From the IMG/VR virus record IMGVR_UViG_3300042349_000626: DNA of 64,000 nucleotides. The stretch is one strand, 5' to 3'. A program made the translations under genes and the position numbers. Shown one piece after another: positions 1 to 9,505 of the stretch. How positions within the stretch are numbered: the first letter of the stretch is position 1; the number at the start of each line of letters is the position of its first letter. The notes below the pieces were generated by a model, which did no database searches, had not been told where the DNA came from, and saw nothing but the letters and a program-made list of their open reading frames with translations. The DNA is from a virus (Duplodnaviria > Heunggongvirae > Uroviricota > Caudoviricetes).

Positions 1-173
1 GTATTGCTAAAGAGAAAAAGCAATTGGAAATTAAGACAAAGATTCTCGAAAGAACTGGGTATGAGCATGTAATGTATACAGAAAATTTCGAGGGTGAGAT
101 GGCAGGACTTAATCAAAGTTATTCCGACATGTCTGGAATCAAAGAAACACTTGAAATTAAGAACAAACGATGA
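1..173 (+). CDS. gp55: Late sigma factor gp55, C-terminal fragment (5' truncated by the window)
   Basis: Frame from nt 3 reads IAKEKKQLEIKTKILERTGYEHV...KNKR, stop TGA 171-173 overlapping the gp47 ATG; standard gp55-gp47 order. Confidence 0.8.
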   Translation, partial: IAKEKKQLEIKTKILERTGYEHVMYTENFEGEMAGLNQSYSDMSGIKETLEIKNKR

Positions 174-1219
174 CAGTAGCATTGATCACCGACCAGCATT
201 TGGATGGACGTAAAGGTAGTGTTATTTTTTGGGAATACTTTAAGGAGTTTTATGACAATGTGTTTTTTCCAACATTGGAGGAACAGGGAATATCTACCAT
301 TATCGACCTCGGAGATACGTTCGATAATCGTAAGGGCATTGATTTTAATGTTTGGAATCGTATTCGCCGTCATTACTTTGACCGTATCCGTGAGCTTGGC
401 ATTACTCTTCATATGATTACGGGGAATCATGATGTGTATTACAAAAATACAAATGACATAAATTCTCCAGAGCTTCTTCTTTCCGACTATGAAAACATCA
501 TCGTCTACTCAAAACCCACCACCACAACTATTGAAGGTGTTTCTATCTGTATGCTGCCTTGGATCAATTCTGAAAATGAAGCAGAGACACATCAGCACTT
601 AAAGCAAACTTCGGCAAAGATTGTGATGGGACATCTTGAACTGAATGGGTTTGAGGTTTCTCCTGGTATGCCTCACGAAGGTGGCATGGACCCAGATGTG
701 TTCTTTAAATTTAAACAAGTATTTTCGGGACACTTTCATCACAAGTCAAGTCGTGGTAATATCACATACTTGGGCAACCCCTACCAGATGTTCTGGAATG
801 ATTACAAAGATCCCAGAGGATTTCACCTTTATGAACCGTCATCCAATAAGTTACGTTTCGTCAAAAACCCATACGAAATTTTCCAAAAGATTTATTATGA
901 TGATGCTGATCCTAATTTCGGCGTCGATCCCAGTGAGTATTCAAACACTTTTGTTAAGGTTGTCGTAGAGAACAAGAATGACTTTTTTAAATTTGAAAAG
1001 TTAATTGAAAATCTTTATGAAGCTGGTGTACATGATTTAAAAGTAATTGAAAACTTGGTTGAAAAAGATACAGTAAAACACAAAGATACTGATCTTGAAA
1101 TTAAAGATACTCTCTCACTTTTAAATGAATATATTGACGAAGTTGAGATGACCGTAAATAAAAATAATCTCAAACAAGTTATGAGATCTCTATATATTGA
1201 AAGTTGTGAAGTAATCTAA
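170..1219 (+). CDS. gp47: Recombination endonuclease subunit (Mre11/SbcD-like)
   Basis: Metallophosphoesterase motifs TDQH, DLGDTFD, GNHD, GHFH; upstream of gp46. Confidence 0.95.
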   Translation: MTVALITDQHLDGRKGSVIFWEYFKEFYDNVFFPTLEEQGISTIIDLGDTFDNRKGIDFNVWNRIRRHYFDRIRELGITLHMITGNHDVYYKNTNDINSPELLLSDYENIIVYSKPTTTTIEGVSICMLPWINSENEAETHQHLKQTSAKIVMGHLELNGFEVSPGMPHEGGMDPDVFFKFKQVFSGHFHHKSSRGNITYLGNPYQMFWNDYKDPRGFHLYEPSSNKLRFVKNPYEIFQKIYYDDADPNFGVDPSEYSNTFVKVVVENKNDFFKFEKLIENLYEAGVHDLKVIENLVEKDTVKHKDTDLEIKDTLSLLNEYIDEVEMTVNKNNLKQVMRSLYIESCEVI

Positions 1220-1485
1220 TGTATATTCTCACGCTCAAAGGAAATTCGGAAGGTGTTTTTTCTGTAATTGATCCAGATAATAATGAACAAATTATTCCCA
1301 TATTTGAGTGTGAAGATGATGCTGAACGATACCAAGAACAATTAGAAGTTAGAGCAAGCAAATACAAACTACAGGTTGTTGAAATACCTGAAGAAGCAAT
1401 TATCACTGCTTGTGAAGAACGTGATCAAAAATATGCTATAATAACCATCGATGATTTTATTATTCCACCAGACGGTATAACATGA
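1219..1485 (+). CDS. Conserved hypothetical protein (DUF3110-like)
   Basis: 88 aa, FECEDDAERY motif, overlaps both neighbours between gp47 and gp46. Confidence 0.65.
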   Translation: MYILTLKGNSEGVFSVIDPDNNEQIIPIFECEDDAERYQEQLEVRASKYKLQVVEIPEEAIITACEERDQKYAIITIDDFIIPPDGIT

Positions 1486-3221
1486 TTGTATTCAAGACAT
1501 TAAAATGGAAAAACTTTTTGAGTACTGGAAATACATTCACTGAGTTTAATTTAAATGGTGCCAAAACAAATTTAATCGTGGGAGCAAACGGAGCAGGCAA
1601 AAGCACTATTCTGGATGCTCTTACTTTTTCTTTGTTTGGAAAACCATTCAGAAAGATCAACAAACCAATGCTCATGAACAGCATTAATGGTGCTGATCTT
1701 GTTACCGAAATTGAATTTGAATCTGGTAAGAATCAATTTAAGATTGTTCGTGGTATTAAACCTGGCGTGTTTGAGATCTGGCAAAACGGAGTTCTTTTAG
1801 ATCAATCATCTTCCACCACAGATTATCAAAAATATCTTGAGCAAACTATTCTCAAGATGAATTACAAATCATTCACACAGATTGTGGTTCTTGGATCATC
1901 AACTTTTGTTCCTTTCATGAGACTGCCTGTAGCATCTCGTAGAGAAATTATCGAAGACATTCTTGATATTCAAATTTTCTCCATCATGAATCTGAACTTG
2001 AAGGAAAAAATTAAAACTTCTGGTGATGAGTTGAAAGAGAAAGATTATGAGATTGATCTGCTAGAAGAAAAAATCTCAATGCAGAAAAATTTTATTGCTA
2101 ATCTTGAACTTCAAAACAAGAATGATATAGAAGAAAAGAGTAATAAAATTTCTAATCTTACTTCTCTCGAAAAGGAAGTTAATATTACAATTAAACAACT
2201 TGGCGAAGAAAGAAATGCTCTCAATAAAGAGATGAGCAATTTTGAAAATGCTACTACTAAACTTAAAAAGCTCGGAAACCTTCGTGGTAAGATCCAACAG
2301 AAATTTTCCACTCATAAAAAGGAACATCAATTTTTTACAGAAAATACTACTTGTCCTACTTGTACTCAGCATATCGATGAAGACCTTCGTGATACTAAAG
2401 TTTCTGAGATCATGAATTCGATTAAAGAGCTTCAGCAAGGTATGGAAGAAATGGAGCAAGCTATTGCTTTAGAGGAGGAAAGAGAAACTAAGTTTACTGA
2501 GTTGAGTGAAAAATGGACTAGCCTTTTTAACAATATTCAGATTCATCAATTTCAGGTTAGTTCCTATCAATCACAAATTCAAGATCTTCAGAAAGAAATT
2601 TCTGATCTTCAGAATAATAACTTTAGTCATAACGAAGAGTCTGCTAAACTTGTTGCTCTTCAAACGAAACTGGAGGAGTCTAAAAATCAGTTAACAACTA
2701 TTAAGGAAGAACAAGAATGCCTTAGGGCAGCTGCTATGCTTTTGAAGGACAACGGAATCAAAACCCGTATCATCAAAAGATACTTACCTGTGATGAATGA
2801 TCTCATCAATAAGTATCTTCAAAACATGGACTTCTATGTAAACTTTACATTGGATGAAAACTTTGAAGAAACTATTAAATCCAGATACAGAGATTCATTC
2901 TCGTATGAATCGTTTAGTGAAGGAGAAAAAGCTCGTATTGATATCGCTCTGCTGCTTACTTGGAGAGCTGTTGCTAAGCTTAAGAATAGCGTGGATACTA
3001 ACCTCCTAATTCTTGACGAGATCTTTGATGGATCACTTGACACAAACGGTAGCAGTGAGCTAGGGTGGATACTTAAAAATTTCGATGACAATACTAATGT
3101 GTTTGTCATTTCCCACCGTGAGAACATGGAAGACAAGTTCGACAAAACTTGGAAGTGTGAGAAAATTAAAAACTTCAGCGTCGTCCGAGAGACAGTTAAT
3201 GAAGTGGCACAGGAGGGGTGA
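1482..3221 (+). CDS. gp46: Recombination ATPase subunit (Rad50/SbcC-like)
   Basis: Walker A GANGAGKS, CPTC zinc hook within a coiled coil, signature FSEGEK, Walker B LILDE. Confidence 0.96.
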   Translation: MIVFKTLKWKNFLSTGNTFTEFNLNGAKTNLIVGANGAGKSTILDALTFSLFGKPFRKINKPMLMNSINGADLVTEIEFESGKNQFKIVRGIKPGVFEIWQNGVLLDQSSSTTDYQKYLEQTILKMNYKSFTQIVVLGSSTFVPFMRLPVASRREIIEDILDIQIFSIMNLNLKEKIKTSGDELKEKDYEIDLLEEKISMQKNFIANLELQNKNDIEEKSNKISNLTSLEKEVNITIKQLGEERNALNKEMSNFENATTKLKKLGNLRGKIQQKFSTHKKEHQFFTENTTCPTCTQHIDEDLRDTKVSEIMNSIKELQQGMEEMEQAIALEEERETKFTELSEKWTSLFNNIQIHQFQVSSYQSQIQDLQKEISDLQNNNFSHNEESAKLVALQTKLEESKNQLTTIKEEQECLRAAAMLLKDNGIKTRIIKRYLPVMNDLINKYLQNMDFYVNFTLDENFEETIKSRYRDSFSYESFSEGEKARIDIALLLTWRAVAKLKNSVDTNLLILDEIFDGSLDTNGSSELGWILKNFDDNTNVFVISHRENMEDKFDKTWKCEKIKNFSVVRETVNEVAQEG

Positions 3222-3247
3222 CACCCTCCTTTTTTATGGTCTATACT
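3211..3247 (+). terminator. Intrinsic terminator overlapping a sigma70-type promoter
   Basis: AGGAGGG-gtgaca-CCCTCCT followed by a T tract; GTGACA 3218-3223, 18 nt spacer, TATACT 3242-3247. Confidence 0.65.
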
Positions 3248-3269
3248 GACCTCAGTTGAAACGAAACCA

Positions 3270-5453
3270 ATGTCCGCCGTTAACCACGAAGTCAAAGGTA
3301 CTCTTGCCAAACTGCTGGCAACGGAGAACCTCATCATTGAGCACAAGAAGGTGCCTACAGCATGTTTTGATGTCCAGCGCCGTGTCCTGACCCTGCCGAT
3401 TTGGGACAGGGCTTCTGGGGTCGTATACGACCTTCTGGTGGGGCATGAGGTAGGACATGCTATCTACACACCCAATGAAGACTGGCGTAGTATTGCTGAC
3501 GTTCCTAAAGACTATGTGAACGTTGTTGAAGATGCTCGTATTGAGAAACTGATGAAGCGTAAGTTTCCTGGTCTCGCTCGTACCTTCTACAATGGGTACA
3601 GCGAACTGAATCGTGATGACTTCTTCAGTATTGCTGATGAAGATCTTAATAAACTTACTCTCATTGATCGTATCAATCTTCACTTCAAGATTGGTGCCTA
3701 TGCTCAGATGCCGTTCAACGAGTTTGAACAGCAGTTTGTTGAGATGATTGAAGGTGCTGAAACTTTTCAACAGGTGCTGACCATCTGTGAACTGATTCAC
3801 AAGTATGTAAAAGAAAAAGCACAGGAAGAACTGTCACTTTCCATGCCATCTAGTGATTCTGGTGAAGCTGGTTCGGGCAATTCTAATGGTCAATCCGATC
3901 AGCAAATGACCAGTGACGGGCAGGGTATGACTAATCCTGGTGGCGATGCTCAGCAGGAACAAACTAGTGGTGGCGGTGCTACTGAAGCTCCAGATGCTCC
4001 TATTGGTTCTGGTGGTGGCGGTCCTAATGACGAACAAAACGAAGAAATTTCCAAAACCCAGCAAGCATTTGATCAGCAAACAGAAAAACTGACCAATCAT
4101 CACACGAGTGAAACTACTTATATTGAGTGTCCTCAACTAAAAATTGATGAGGTAATTGCTGATTACAAAATGCTGAACGATTACATCAACAATTCTTTTG
4201 GTGAAGTTCTCACTTGTGGTCGTTATTCCACGAATGCTTTTGATAAAGTCGATAAAGATTATCGGAAATATCGTACAGAAGCACAGAAGGAAGTGAACTA
4301 TCTGGTCAAAGAGTTTGAGATGAAGAAGTCGGCAGATGCTTACCAGCGTATGTCTACTGCTCGTACTGGCACTCTAGACACCACCAAACTTCACACTTAC
4401 AAGTACAATGAAGATATCTTCCGTAAGGTTTCTGTGATTCCTGACGGCAAGAATCACGGTCTAGTGTTTGTACTGGACTGGTCTGGTTCCATGAATGATT
4501 ATCTTCTGGATACTGTGAAGCAACTGCTGAACCTTGTGTGGTTCTGTAAGAAGGTTCAGATTCCTTTTGAGGTGTATGCTTTCACCTATGAGTGGAGCAA
4601 CGCTTATGCTAATCCTAATTACAGTGCCCCAAAAAATCTGTACAAAAAACAGGATGGATCTATTGAAGTTCATAATCGGTTTCGACTTTTGAATTTTCTG
4701 AGTTCCCGTGCCAACAATAAGGTGCTTGACAATTGTATTTTGAATCTGTGGCGTCTTGCTGCCCGAGAGGATTCTAATTACGCTGGGGCTACCTATCACG
4801 ATTATGCCGTACCTAATGGTTTGGATTTGAGCGGAACTCCTCTCAACGAATCCATCATTGCTCTTCATCAAATCATCCCCCAGTTTAAAACTCGTAACAA
4901 ACTTCAAAAAGTTAACGTCGTGATTCTGACTGATGGTGAAGGTAACCATTTGAATTTTAATTTGAATATCAGTCGTCAAAATGGGTCTTCCAATTATTTG
5001 GGCCAAAATTACATTAGTGCTAACAATGCCCTACGAGATCGTAAAATTGGTTACGTGTATCGTAACTTCGAAATGGATAACGTGAATAGCAACCTCACTG
5101 CTATTCTGCTTGAGAATCTGAAAGACAACTTCCCTGAAGTCAATCTAATTGGATTCCGAATTGCTAGTGGAAATTCTTTCTCGTATCTTTATCGTTCCCT
5201 TTACAAATCTATTGGTGGTGTTGAACCAGATGAAGCTATGAAAGTGTGGCGTAAAGAAAAGACCTATGAAATCAATGGCATGGGCTATGATGCTCTGTAC
5301 ATGATTTCTTCCAGTGATCTGTCAGTAGACACCACGCTGACAGTTGAGGAAGAGGCCACTGCTGCTGACATTGGCAAGGCATTCCGTACTATGCTTAAGA
5401 AGAAGACGACGAACAAAAAGCTTCTGTCGTCCTTCGCCACTCTGGTCGCCTGA
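3270..5453 (+). CDS. Metallopeptidase (HEXXH) plus vWA domain protein, CobT-like partner of the AAA ATPase
   Basis: HEVGH zinc motif, G/S/Q-rich linker, MIDAS motif DWSGS, GTPL and LTDGE. Confidence 0.85.
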   Translation: MSAVNHEVKGTLAKLLATENLIIEHKKVPTACFDVQRRVLTLPIWDRASGVVYDLLVGHEVGHAIYTPNEDWRSIADVPKDYVNVVEDARIEKLMKRKFPGLARTFYNGYSELNRDDFFSIADEDLNKLTLIDRINLHFKIGAYAQMPFNEFEQQFVEMIEGAETFQQVLTICELIHKYVKEKAQEELSLSMPSSDSGEAGSGNSNGQSDQQMTSDGQGMTNPGGDAQQEQTSGGGATEAPDAPIGSGGGGPNDEQNEEISKTQQAFDQQTEKLTNHHTSETTYIECPQLKIDEVIADYKMLNDYINNSFGEVLTCGRYSTNAFDKVDKDYRKYRTEAQKEVNYLVKEFEMKKSADAYQRMSTARTGTLDTTKLHTYKYNEDIFRKVSVIPDGKNHGLVFVLDWSGSMNDYLLDTVKQLLNLVWFCKKVQIPFEVYAFTYEWSNAYANPNYSAPKNLYKKQDGSIEVHNRFRLLNFLSSRANNKVLDNCILNLWRLAAREDSNYAGATYHDYAVPNGLDLSGTPLNESIIALHQIIPQFKTRNKLQKVNVVILTDGEGNHLNFNLNISRQNGSSNYLGQNYISANNALRDRKIGYVYRNFEMDNVNSNLTAILLENLKDNFPEVNLIGFRIASGNSFSYLYRSLYKSIGGVEPDEAMKVWRKEKTYEINGMGYDALYMISSSDLSVDTTLTVEEEATAADIGKAFRTMLKKKTTNKKLLSSFATLVA

Positions 5454-5473
5454 CCAATTCTCAATCTGTCCAC

Positions 5474-5509
5474 TGGGGGTGGCAACGCCCCCAATCCACC
5501 TGCTACAAT
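5474..5509 (+). promoter_or_regulatory. Early sigma70-type promoter with an extended -10 and a GC hairpin
   Basis: TGGGGG...CCCCCA hairpin 5474-5493; TGcTACAAT 5501-5509. Confidence 0.5.
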
Positions 5510-5538
5510 TACCTCATCCACAACGGAGATTACTCATC

Positions 5539-6672
5539 ATGGCTCGTAAAGCAAACATTGAACAAGAAGCTCTCGTCGCTTACATTTCCACCCACTTTGG
5601 CGAAGACTTCGGCAGCAACGCTGTAATTGCTGCTGCCGATGAATTCGGTAGTTCTTATCCCACCATTGCCAAGCGTCTTGAGCAATACAAGACTGGTCAT
5701 GGTCGTTGGAACCTGACTGCCCAAGATATTGAAAACACTTACAACGCTCCTGCTGCCGAACCTGTCGAGCAAGCAGTTGAGCATGTTGTGATCCACCGTG
5801 AAAACCTGATTCCTGATAAAGATGCTAACTTCGTCAGCTTTGGTAACTTTAGTGATGTTAAGAAAATTATTTCTTCTGGGATTTTCTATCCTGTGTTCAT
5901 CACTGGTATGTCTGGTAACGGCAAAACTTTCGGTGTGGAGCAAGCTTGTGCTCAACTGAAGCGTGAACTGATTCGTGTCAACATCACCATCGAGACTGAT
6001 GAAGACGATCTGATCGGTGGCTTCCGTCTGATCAATGGCGAAACTGTGTGGCATAACGGTCCTGTGATCGAAGCACTTGAGCGTGGTGCTGTTCTGCTGC
6101 TTGACGAAATCGACCTTGCTTCTAACAAGATCCTGTGTCTCCAGTCCATCCTTGAAGGTAAGGGTGTGTTCCTGAAGAAGACTGGTCGTTATGTCAAACC
6201 CACCGCTGGTTTCACTATCGTTGCCACTGCTAACACCAAAGGTAAGGGCAGTGATGACGGTCGTTTCATCGGCACCAACGTTCTGAACGAAGCATTTCTT
6301 GAGCGATTTGCTCTCACCTTTGAGCAAGACTATCCTGCTCCTAAGACTGAGCAGAAGATCCTTCAGAAGCTTTCTGCCAAACTTGGCTGCTTGGATGAAG
6401 AGTTCTGTGAGAAGCTTGCTTCCTGGGCAGACATCATTCGTAAGACTTTCAAGGATGGTGGTGTTGATGAAGTGATCAGCACTCGTCGCCTGTCTCACAT
6501 CATTCGTGCTTACAGCATCTTCGGCAAGCGTATGAAAGCGATTCAAGTTTGTGTGAATCGTTTCGATGACGAAACCAAGTCCAGCTTCATGGAGCTGTAT
6601 GACAAGATCGATGCTAGCATTGGTGCTGATGCTGATACTCAAACTGAAACTGAGGTAAATGAAGAAGCCTGA
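5539..6672 (+). CDS. cobS: CobS/MoxR-like AAA+ ATPase
   Basis: Walker A GMSGNGKT, Walker B LLLDE, NEAFLERF; start MARKAN at 5539 after GGAG (the ORF-track start is over-extended). Confidence 0.9.
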   Translation: MARKANIEQEALVAYISTHFGEDFGSNAVIAAADEFGSSYPTIAKRLEQYKTGHGRWNLTAQDIENTYNAPAAEPVEQAVEHVVIHRENLIPDKDANFVSFGNFSDVKKIISSGIFYPVFITGMSGNGKTFGVEQACAQLKRELIRVNITIETDEDDLIGGFRLINGETVWHNGPVIEALERGAVLLLDEIDLASNKILCLQSILEGKGVFLKKTGRYVKPTAGFTIVATANTKGKGSDDGRFIGTNVLNEAFLERFALTFEQDYPAPKTEQKILQKLSAKLGCLDEEFCEKLASWADIIRKTFKDGGVDEVISTRRLSHIIRAYSIFGKRMKAIQVCVNRFDDETKSSFMELYDKIDASIGADADTQTETEVNEEA

Positions 6673-6826
6673 GTTTCACGGTTACGTTGGTAACATTGCC
6701 GTCCTTCGGGACGGCAGTTCCGTCAAGATTCTTGGCGGACATAATTCAAAACTTTTTGTGAAGACACTTGACGGAACAATCAAAGAGTGCTATCATGAAG
6801 ATCTACAGTATGTAACGGAGGAATGA
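6659..6826 (+). CDS. Small hypothetical protein, 55 aa (MKKPEFHGYVGNIAVLRDG...YVTEE)
   Basis: GAGGT Shine-Dalgarno before ATG 6659; fills the gap and overlaps both neighbours. Confidence 0.6.
   Translation: MKKPEFHGYVGNIAVLRDGSSVKILGGHNSKLFVKTLDGTIKECYHEDLQYVTEE
6768..6796 (+). promoter_or_regulatory. sigma70-type promoter for the gp45 operon
   Basis: TTGACG, 17 nt, TATCAT. Confidence 0.65.
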
Positions 6827-7137
6827 AAATGCAATGGAAGTACAATGAGGATAAGATCCTCAAGGATGTCGAGGATTATGTAGTCAGCACTTACCATGGC
6901 CACTATTGTGGTGACGAAGATGGATACGCTGACATTCAAACAATTGATCTGATGGCAGCAAAGAAACTTGCCGCTGGATTCTGTCAAGCAAATATCCTTA
7001 AGTATGGGTCACGCTATGGTGATAAAGATGGTCGTAACAAGCGGGATTTGATGAAAGTGATTCATTATGCTATGTTGCTACTTCACTTTGATAGTCACTA
7101 CACCCGCACTCAAAACGGTCTCCAGGAGTTCAAATGA
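6823..7137 (+). CDS. Conserved hypothetical protein (DUF3310-like)
   Basis: GHY...GFCQANILKYGSRYGDKDG...DLMKVIHY pattern. Confidence 0.7.
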   Translation: MKMQWKYNEDKILKDVEDYVVSTYHGHYCGDEDGYADIQTIDLMAAKKLAAGFCQANILKYGSRYGDKDGRNKRDLMKVIHYAMLLLHFDSHYTRTQNGLQEFK

Positions 7138-7805
7138 GCATTGTTAATTTTTCTAAACCTACTCTTTCTGTACTAAAAAACTTTTCAACCATTAATGGTT
7201 CCATTGTCATTCGTGAAGGATCTACTCTCAAAACTATTAATGTTGGTGAGAACCTGATTGCTCAATATGAATGTGGGGAAACATTTCCTCAAACATTTGC
7301 CATCTATGATCTTAATCAGTTTCTTGCTGGCATGTCTATTTTTGATTCTCCTTCTTTGGTATTCGGTAATGAAGAATATCTGACAATCAAAGGAAACGGT
7401 AGAAGCGCCAAGTATTATTTCTCGGATCCTGAGATTACTTTGAAGACAGCACCAGATCGTAATGTTAACTTTCCTGGTGCTGATATTGAATTCACTATTC
7501 AAGAGAAAGATTTGGAAAATCTTCGTAAGGCATCTGATGTTTATTCGATTCCAGATCTGGTATTTAAATCACATGGAGGCGGCACAGTAGAATTGAATCT
7601 TTGTGATCGTGAAAATGAAACTAGTAATGTATACACCCAAGAAATTCTTGGTGACAATACTGGTGAGTATGAACTGGCAATGAAGATGGAAAATATTCGT
7701 CTTCTTCCTGGAGAATATGAAGTAAAAATTTCCAGTAAACTGATTACTCAGTGGAAACATAAATCTCTTAACCTGACCTATTGGATTGCTCTCGAACCTC
7801 AATGA
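7134..7805 (+). CDS. gp45: Sliding clamp
   Basis: LKNFSTIN, FAIYDLNQFL, YYFSDP, YWIALE; upstream of gp44. Confidence 0.93.
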   Translation: MSIVNFSKPTLSVLKNFSTINGSIVIREGSTLKTINVGENLIAQYECGETFPQTFAIYDLNQFLAGMSIFDSPSLVFGNEEYLTIKGNGRSAKYYFSDPEITLKTAPDRNVNFPGADIEFTIQEKDLENLRKASDVYSIPDLVFKSHGGGTVELNLCDRENETSNVYTQEILGDNTGEYELAMKMENIRLLPGEYEVKISSKLITQWKHKSLNLTYWIALEPQ

Positions 7806-8746
7806 ATAAAAAGTTTCTCTGGGTAGAAGAATATCGTCCTCATACTCTTGACGATTGTATTCTTCCTACCAATATCAAAAATTCTTTTAAGGGTTTTATT
7901 GAGCAGAAGGAAATTCCGAACCTTCTGCTCTGTGGTTCTGCTGGAGTGGGTAAGACAACTGTTGCTAAAGCAGTATGTGATGAAATTGGCGCTTCCTACA
8001 TCGTGATCAATGGATCAGATGAGGGGCGCTTTCTGGATACGGTTCGGAACAAGGTCAGGCAATTCGCCACAACTGTCTCATTGACCTCTGGAGCCGCCCA
8101 CAAAGTCGTCATTATCGACGAGGCAGATAACACCACTAGCGATGTCCAGCTCTCGCTCAGGACTGCTGTGGAGGAGTTTCATGGCAACTGCCGTTTCATC
8201 TTCACCTGTAACTTCCCAAACAAAATCATTGACCCTCTACACTCCCGCTGTACGGTAATTGATTTCAAAATCAAGAACGATGAAGTTGACAAACTACAGG
8301 CAAAGTTTTATGTTCGTCTTAAAAATATTCTAGACGAGAATAGTATTGAATATGAAGATAAGATTCTAATAAAATTAATTAAACGATATTATCCAGATTG
8401 GAGAAGGTTAATCAATGAAGCACAGAGACACAGTGCCAGCGGAAGCATTTCTAATTCTATTCTTGTTGACATTGCCGACATTAATCTGGATGATCTGGTA
8501 CGGGCGTTAAAGAACAAGGAATTCACTACAGTCAAAAAGTGGGTCGTAGATAACATCGACAATGATCCTGCCTTGGTTATGAGGAAGATTTACGATGCTC
8601 TTTATGATACTCTCAAGGGTCCGTCTATCCCAGAGGCAGTTCTTATTATTGCCAAGTACATGAGGGATATCAATATTGTTGCTGACCAAGAGATTAATCT
8701 TCTTGCTTGTTTAACTGAAATTATGATGGGATGTGAATTTAAATGA
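7802..8746 (+). CDS. gp44: Clamp loader large subunit
   Basis: LWVEEYRP, GSAGVGKTT, IIDEAD, PLHSRC; start MNKKF at 7802. Confidence 0.95.
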   Translation: MNKKFLWVEEYRPHTLDDCILPTNIKNSFKGFIEQKEIPNLLLCGSAGVGKTTVAKAVCDEIGASYIVINGSDEGRFLDTVRNKVRQFATTVSLTSGAAHKVVIIDEADNTTSDVQLSLRTAVEEFHGNCRFIFTCNFPNKIIDPLHSRCTVIDFKIKNDEVDKLQAKFYVRLKNILDENSIEYEDKILIKLIKRYYPDWRRLINEAQRHSASGSISNSILVDIADINLDDLVRALKNKEFTTVKKWVVDNIDNDPALVMRKIYDALYDTLKGPSIPEAVLIIAKYMRDINIVADQEINLLACLTEIMMGCEFK

Positions 8747-8982
8747 AAGTAAAAACTACTCCTGAAAATGTTCGTGAAGCTAATGAGGGATTGTTTCGTG
8801 CCACAATGAATTTGCCTTTTGCTGCCGAACATTGTGGGATGACCATGAAAGAAATGAAAATGACTTTTCGAGAATTTCTTAAATACAATCCATCTGACTA
8901 TGCCACTACAGGAACTGGCACTACCCTGAATCACGGTGCCCAGTATCCTTTTATAATTGATGAAACCCAAGGAGGATTTTAA
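8743..8982 (+). CDS. Hypothetical protein
   Basis: 79 aa ORF coupled to gp44 by an ATGA overlap. Confidence 0.6.
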   Translation: MKVKTTPENVREANEGLFRATMNLPFAAEHCGMTMKEMKMTFREFLKYNPSDYATTGTGTTLNHGAQYPFIIDETQGGF

Positions 8983-8984
8983 TT

Positions 8985-9122
8985 ATGCGCTGCCGTGTTC
9001 AACTCTATGTCGCTGGTAAAGTTTTCAACGAAGAGGTTGAAGCTCGTAATTACCAGGAAGCAAAGGAAGTTGCTCTTGCTCGTAATCCAAACGCTAAAGT
9101 AGTTGGTGTGACTGCTGTATGA
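8985..9122 (+). CDS. Small hypothetical protein, 45 aa (MRCRVQLYVAGKVFNEEVEARNYQEAKEVALARNPNAKVVGVTAV)
   Basis: GGAGG Shine-Dalgarno; ATGA overlap with gp62. Confidence 0.7.
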   Translation: MRCRVQLYVAGKVFNEEVEARNYQEAKEVALARNPNAKVVGVTAV

Positions 9123-9505
9123 AATATGAGTTGAAAGATTATCTTAACGCTATCAATCAAACAAAAAAGAAACTTCTTGATGATGATCAAGAAGCAGTGA
9201 AAGGGTATCCACCTTTTATTGTTAACAAATGCTTGTCTTCATTTACAGATACTATTCTGTACGTCAATGAGATGAACAAGAATGCTCATCTGGACAAGAA
9301 ACTTCAATTTGATTTTTTTATAAATACTTTGAAACCAAGAAAACGTTATAGTCCTTGGGTCAAAAAGCAAACGCTTGAGCATCTTGAATTGGTGAAAGAG
9401 TATTATGGCTATAGTCATAACAAAGCTCTCGAAGCATTACAGATTCTTACAACAGATCAACTTGAAATTATAAAAAAAGCATTGAATAAGGGTGGAACAA
9501 AATGA
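9119..9505 (+). CDS. gp62: Clamp loader small subunit
   Basis: YPPFIVNKCLS, LVKEYYGYS; between gp44 and regA. Confidence 0.9.
   Translation: MKYELKDYLNAINQTKKKLLDDDQEAVKGYPPFIVNKCLSSFTDTILYVNEMNKNAHLDKKLQFDFFINTLKPRKRYSPWVKKQTLEHLELVKEYYGYSHNKALEALQILTTDQLEIIKKALNKGGTK

Noticed and set aside
5344-5538. Extended N-termini given by the ORF track (5344, 7781, 22238, 44050, 46675, 49739, 54540)
   Set aside because: Shine-Dalgarno position, stop/start overlaps and conserved N-termini point to downstream starts
5530-6642. 370-aa antisense ORF, and similar ones at 3252-3800, 4461-5006, 30363-30848 and 49961-50551
   Set aside because: In register with the sense genes and explained by absence of TTA/CTA/TCA codons; no protein motifs
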